Assembly (NCBI GenBank): GCA_902535365.1
Contig: CACATF010000001.1
Location: 248,765 to 312,764, forward strand
Length of the DNA: 64,000 nucleotides
Direction of reading: 5' to 3'
Origin: an uncultured SAR86 cluster bacterium
Lineage (GTDB): Bacteria > Pseudomonadota > Gammaproteobacteria > Magnimaribacterales > TMED112
Of the stretch, positions 59,539-64,000 are shown one piece after another (the stretch's first letter is position 1; each line of letters begins with the position of its first letter). The notes beneath the pieces were generated by a model. It had not been told where the DNA came from. It was given only the letters and a program-made list of their open reading frames with translations, and made no database searches. The translations under genes were made by a program, and so were the position numbers.

Positions 59539-60725
59539 AAGAGATTGAATTAAAAATACCAAACCTAGGAGAAGCTGATGATACTGAAATTATTGAACTG
59601 TCAGTAAAGCCTGGTGACATAGTCAAAACAAATGATCCCTTAATTGTTCTTGAATCAGAAAAGGCAGCTATGGAAGTACCATCCGATTTTGATGGTGAAA
59701 TAATCTCGTTAAATGTTTCTGAGGGCGATAGCGTCAAAGAGGGCATGGTTTTTGCAACAATAAAAACTGAGACTAAAGATATAAAAGTCTCAAATCCAGA
59801 GCCTGAGATTCCAGAGCCAACCAAAGTTAATGAGACTTCTCCAAAAAATGAGAGAGTTTTAAATTTTGATGGTATAAATGCTGGTCCAGCTGTCCGAAAA
59901 ATAGCTCGTGAACTTGAAATTGATTTACATAAAATAAGTGGCACTGGCAAAAATAGCTTAATAACCAAAGAAGATTTAAAAAACTTTGTACATTCTTCAA
60001 AACCACCATCTGAAGATTATTATCCTCAAGAGAAGTTAATTGAATTTGGCGATTATGAACTAGTCAAGCAGACAAAAATCCGTGCTCTTGGTGCAAAAAA
60101 TTTGCAACAATCATGGCAAACCATACCGCATGTTACCCATTTCGAAGAGGCTGATTTAACAAATATTGAACTTTCAAGGAAAATAATTAATGAGAGTTCT
60201 CAGGTTAAAGTCACGCCGCTAGCTTTCATTATCAAATCTGTATCTGAAGCTCTAAAAGAATTCCCTATCTTTAACTCATCCTTAGTTGGTGATGGTGAGA
60301 TATTCATGAGGAAATATATAAATATTGGTGTGGCAGTGGATACTGATGCTGGGCTTATAGTGCCGGTGATAAAAGATGCAGATAAATTATCAATTACAGA
60401 TATTGCCTCAAATATTATAGATTTGTCCACAAAAGCTAAAAGTAAAAAACTTTTGGCAAAAGATCTTGCTGGGGCCACTTTTACCATCTCAAGTCTTGGC
60501 CCAATGGGTGGAACGGGCTTCACGCCAATTATCAATCCTCCTGAAGTTGGCATAATAGGTGTTTCAAGATCAAAAGAAGAGATTTATCTTGATGAGGGAA
60601 ATGTATTAACTAAAAAGGTACTTCCACTGACTCTATCTTATGACCACAGAGTGATTAATGGTGCAGATGCAGGAAAATTTATGCTCTTCCTAAAGAATCA
60701 TTTGGAACAAAACAGCAAGAAATGA
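59526..60725 (+). CDS. aceF: Dihydrolipoamide acetyltransferase E2 (single lipoyl domain)
   Basis: LESEKAAMEVPS lipoyl-like site, AGPAVRKIARE, FTPIINPPE, SYDHRVINGA. Confidence 0.93.
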   Translation: MAEIKEIELKIPNLGEADDTEIIELSVKPGDIVKTNDPLIVLESEKAAMEVPSDFDGEIISLNVSEGDSVKEGMVFATIKTETKDIKVSNPEPEIPEPTKVNETSPKNERVLNFDGINAGPAVRKIARELEIDLHKISGTGKNSLITKEDLKNFVHSSKPPSEDYYPQEKLIEFGDYELVKQTKIRALGAKNLQQSWQTIPHVTHFEEADLTNIELSRKIINESSQVKVTPLAFIIKSVSEALKEFPIFNSSLVGDGEIFMRKYINIGVAVDTDAGLIVPVIKDADKLSITDIASNIIDLSTKAKSKKLLAKDLAGATFTISSLGPMGGTGFTPIINPPEVGIIGVSRSKEEIYLDEGNVLTKKVLPLTLSYDHRVINGADAGKFMLFLKNHLEQNSKK

Positions 60726-61720
60726 AAAAAATACTTATAACAGGGTGTGCTGGATATATTGGAGGCACATTTTGCTATGAGGCACTAAAAAAGAATTATG
60801 AGGTTTTAGGTATTGATAATTTCATTAACTCTACAGACAAAAATATTAAATATTTTAAAAAAAACTTTTCAAAATTTAGGTTTGTTGATTTAGATCTCTC
60901 AATTTCGGGTGAAAAAGTAAAAGACATCTTTAATGATTTTGCGCCAGATTATGTCGTTCATTTTGCCGGTTTAAAAGCAGTTGGCGAATCTGAAACTAAA
61001 CCAGATCTTTATTGGCAGAATAATGTTTTATCAACAATGAATATTATGGAAGCATGTTTGTCAGGCACAAGGTTAATATTTTCATCATCAGCAACTGTGT
61101 ATGGTGAAAGCGTAATACAACCTATTAGTGAAAAATGCGCGATTAAATCAGAATCAGTTTATGGAAGTACAAAAATTTCTTCTGAGTTGTTAATCAAAGA
61201 CTATTCAAGGACAAAGAATATAGAAGCTATTTGCCTGAGATACTTTAACCCAGTTGGCAGTCATAAAGATGGTATTGTTGTTGAGGACTATACAAACAAA
61301 CCTAATAACTTGATGCCTAAACTAATTGAGGTAATAAAAAATAAAAGCAACGAAATATCAGTTTTTGGAAACGACTATAACACCCAAGATGGGACTGGCG
61401 AGCGAGATTATATACATATCTCAGATTTAGTAGCGGGACATTTTTCTGCTATTGAGTACATATATGATAATGAAGAAAACCTTTTTAAAACATATAACCT
61501 TGGCACTGGTAAGGCGACCAGTGTTCTTGAATTGGTAGAATCATTTAATAGGGTAAACAGTACAAACATAAAGATTGATTTTACTGACAGAAGAAAGGGA
61601 GATGTTGAGGTATGTTATGCCGACCCACATCTGGCAAATTGTGAATTAAAATGGAAAGCAGTTTACAGTATTGACGAAATGTGTAGAGACGCATGGAATG
61701 CAGTTAAAAATGATACTTGA
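60722..61720 (+). CDS. galE: UDP-glucose 4-epimerase
   Basis: TGCAGYIG, HFAGLKAVGES, FSSSATVYG, LRYFNPVG, PNNLMP, DGTGERDYIH. Confidence 0.95.
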   Translation: MKKILITGCAGYIGGTFCYEALKKNYEVLGIDNFINSTDKNIKYFKKNFSKFRFVDLDLSISGEKVKDIFNDFAPDYVVHFAGLKAVGESETKPDLYWQNNVLSTMNIMEACLSGTRLIFSSSATVYGESVIQPISEKCAIKSESVYGSTKISSELLIKDYSRTKNIEAICLRYFNPVGSHKDGIVVEDYTNKPNNLMPKLIEVIKNKSNEISVFGNDYNTQDGTGERDYIHISDLVAGHFSAIEYIYDNEENLFKTYNLGTGKATSVLELVESFNRVNSTNIKIDFTDRRKGDVEVCYADPHLANCELKWKAVYSIDEMCRDAWNAVKNDT

Positions 61721-62429
61721 AGATTTAAGTAAGATTGCCATCTTAGCAGCAAAAAAAGCTGGCACCTTTTTGATCTCAAAACAAAAAGAGAAAAAGGAGA
61801 TCCTCTCAGAAGTTGGAAGAGATATAAAGCTTGAGATTGATAGGGATGCGGAGCTTATTATACGAAAAGAGCTTGAAGCTACTGATATTACAATAATGGG
61901 TGAAGAATATGGCGGCAAGATTATTGATGATTCTTTTTGGGTTGTTGATCCACTGGATGGAACGGCCAATTATTTTCGTGGCCTGGATCAATGTTGTATT
62001 TCTATAGGACTAATGAAAGATAATGAAAGCGTTATTGGGGTTATTTATAATTTTAATAGTGATGAACTTTATACTGCAGTTAAAGAAAAAGGAGCATATT
62101 TAAATGGAGAGAGGATCACTGTCTCAAGTATAAATTCAAAGAATAAAGCTTCTTTAACTACGGGATTTCCTGCTTCCGAGACCATAGACTCTTCATTTAA
62201 ATATCTTGATAGTTTGAGAGAGTGGAAAAAAATCAGAATGTTTGGAAGTGCTGCTTTATCATGTGCGTACATTGCATCAGGAAAATGCGATTGCTATGCT
62301 GAGAAAGGCGTTTATCTTTGGGACTTTGCTGCTGGAATTTGCTTGGTAAATGAGGCTGGAGGAAAAGCAAATTATAAAAGAATTTCAGATCAAACTTATG
62401 AAGTAAATTTCACAAATAATTTACTATGA
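61710..62429 (+). CDS. Inositol monophosphatase family protein
   Basis: GEE, WVVDPLDGTANY, GSAAL, WDFAAG..LV.EAGG; start ATG 61710. Confidence 0.9.
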   Translation: MILEDLSKIAILAAKKAGTFLISKQKEKKEILSEVGRDIKLEIDRDAELIIRKELEATDITIMGEEYGGKIIDDSFWVVDPLDGTANYFRGLDQCCISIGLMKDNESVIGVIYNFNSDELYTAVKEKGAYLNGERITVSSINSKNKASLTTGFPASETIDSSFKYLDSLREWKKIRMFGSAALSCAYIASGKCDCYAEKGVYLWDFAAGICLVNEAGGKANYKRISDQTYEVNFTNNLL

Positions 62430-63373
62430 AAATAGCAATTGTTGCAGATAAAAAAGCGGGCCACTTAAGTCAGTGTTTAGGTCTTCGAGAAATTATTCAA
62501 AAATATAATAAAGAAAAAGATGTATTTATTCTTGGAAAGGATCTCTATTTTTTACCTGGTTTCATTGAACGTATATTTACCCTGATTTCTGAGAAGCTTT
62601 ATTTATTTTTAATGAAGTTAATGAATCCAAGTGTGGTGGATTTTAACTATGATTTTGTTTTATGTTCAGGCTCACGAACTGTAATCCCAGCTTATCTGTT
62701 AGCAAAATCATCAGGAGCTAAAGTAATTTATATTGGCACACCAAAATTTAGATTAATGAAAAAATTTGATGGCATTGTTTCCACAAAAAAAGATATAAGC
62801 AATGTGTACAAGATCATATCAACGGATTTACCACCAACCAAATTTTCACCATACAGTGAGAAAAAATCAGCTATAAAGCAAAGCCTGATTTTGATTGGCG
62901 GCGATGGAAGTGGGTACGATTATGGCGAAAGTGACTGGTACAGGTTGGCCTTTGAGTTTAAAAATATTAATACTACATTTGTAAACTCTAGACGAACACC
63001 AAAATTTGCATGGGATAACCTCAAAGAAAATTCTGGACCAAACCAGACCTTTCTTGATTTAGAGGATACGCCTTTCGAAAAACTACAAGATGCAATTGAT
63101 ACGCATAGCCACATCTTTGTTACCGCTGACAGCACCAGTATGATTGTTGAGATTCTAACTAGAGGGTATTTTGTTAATGTCATTGAGCTTCGTGGTCCAA
63201 TTAAAAGGGAGCACCACCATGAAATTATCTCTTCATTCGAGGATAAAGGTCTGTTGAGAATCCTTAGGCTTAATCAACTTCATTTATCAGAAGACAAATA
63301 CCAAGAAAAAGTTAAAGAATTTGTTGTAGCTGAGCGAGATGCCCTTAAATCAAAGGTACTAGATTTATTATGA
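62426..63373 (+). CDS. ELM1/GtrOC1 family putative glycosyltransferase
   Basis: D.KAGH.SQ..GL, LILIGG, SRRTP, IFVTADS.SMI.E....G. Confidence 0.8.
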   Translation: MKIAIVADKKAGHLSQCLGLREIIQKYNKEKDVFILGKDLYFLPGFIERIFTLISEKLYLFLMKLMNPSVVDFNYDFVLCSGSRTVIPAYLLAKSSGAKVIYIGTPKFRLMKKFDGIVSTKKDISNVYKIISTDLPPTKFSPYSEKKSAIKQSLILIGGDGSGYDYGESDWYRLAFEFKNINTTFVNSRRTPKFAWDNLKENSGPNQTFLDLEDTPFEKLQDAIDTHSHIFVTADSTSMIVEILTRGYFVNVIELRGPIKREHHHEIISSFEDKGLLRILRLNQLHLSEDKYQEKVKEFVVAERDALKSKVLDLL

Positions 63374-64000
63374 GATCAATTTGTTGGTTTAGGAACGATT
63401 TGCGTGTCCTTGATAATCCTGCTTTGCATAATGCCTGCTTGAATAGTCAGGAAGTTATAGGCGTATATTTAACAACATTCAAGCAATGGGAAATGCAGAA
63501 TGATGCTAAAACAAAAATTAATTTCTGGTTTCGTAATTTAGAGAATCTTAAAACTGAATTGGAAAAACTTAATATTCCGCTTGTTGTGCTTGATGCTGAG
63601 ACTTTTGCTAATTCCCCAAAGGTTTTATGGAATTTTATTCAAGAAAATGATGTTAAGTCGCTTTACTTTAATAACGAATACCCTTTCTATGAATTAGAGC
63701 GTGATAGACAGATATATCATGATTTTAGAGAAAATGGCGTTGGCATTTTTAACTACCATGATCAGGTCATTCACCAACCAGGCAGCTTAAAAACTACAAC
63801 CGGTAACAATTTTTCTGTTTATAGCCCATTCAAGAAAAAATGGTTTGCTGAATTAGATGATAAGCAGCTTGAACTTCTGCCTATTCCCGAGCCTAAGTCT
63901 GAATTAAGTATTAAAAGTTCTGATCTTGGCAAATACTTGGCTGAAACTAAAGTCAGTCAAGCAAAATATTGGGAATCAGGTGAAGACTTTATCAGGAATC
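63370..64000 (+). CDS. phrB: Deoxyribodipyrimidine photolyase (partial, runs off window)
   Basis: ATG 63370: MRSICWFRNDLRVLDNPALHNAC..., later NEYPFYELERD and F.VYSPFKKKW. Confidence 0.92.
   Translation, partial: MRSICWFRNDLRVLDNPALHNACLNSQEVIGVYLTTFKQWEMQNDAKTKINFWFRNLENLKTELEKLNIPLVVLDAETFANSPKVLWNFIQENDVKSLYFNNEYPFYELERDRQIYHDFRENGVGIFNYHDQVIHQPGSLKTTTGNNFSVYSPFKKKWFAELDDKQLELLPIPEPKSELSIKSSDLGKYLAETKVSQAKYWESGEDFIRN

Overview
Compact, AT-rich bacterial chromosome segment with very short or overlapping intergenic regions. Gene content and order (scpAB-rluB, ubiG-gph-yciK, gyrA-serC-tyrA-aroA-cmk-rpsA-pyrF, infC-rpmI-rplT-pheST, metK-ahcY, aceEF) suggest a streamlined gammaproteobacterium, plausibly marine SAR86-like (inference). 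Positions 1-33.3 kb and 56.9-64 kb are housekeeping backbone. From tRNA-Cys/tRNA-Leu (33.3-35.3 kb) to about 56.8 kb lies a visibly more AT-rich surface-polysaccharide island. Its first part (35.76-42.06 kb) is a complete lasso-peptide (RiPP) cluster: nucleotidyltransferase, ABC-2 exporter, RRE/B1, B2 peptidase, lasso cyclase, an uncalled 46-aa precursor at 41032-41172 and an HPr-kinase-like enzyme. It runs directly into a Wzc/Wza/Wzb, Wzx/Wzy, YjbH capsule/EPS locus. The predicted core is unusual (Met1, candidate Met1-Asp7 ring, C-terminal Ser-Thr). Other observations: many apparently leaderless promoters, a minimised PheRS and a five-domain S1, and tandem NrdR-like boxes in front of scpAB.
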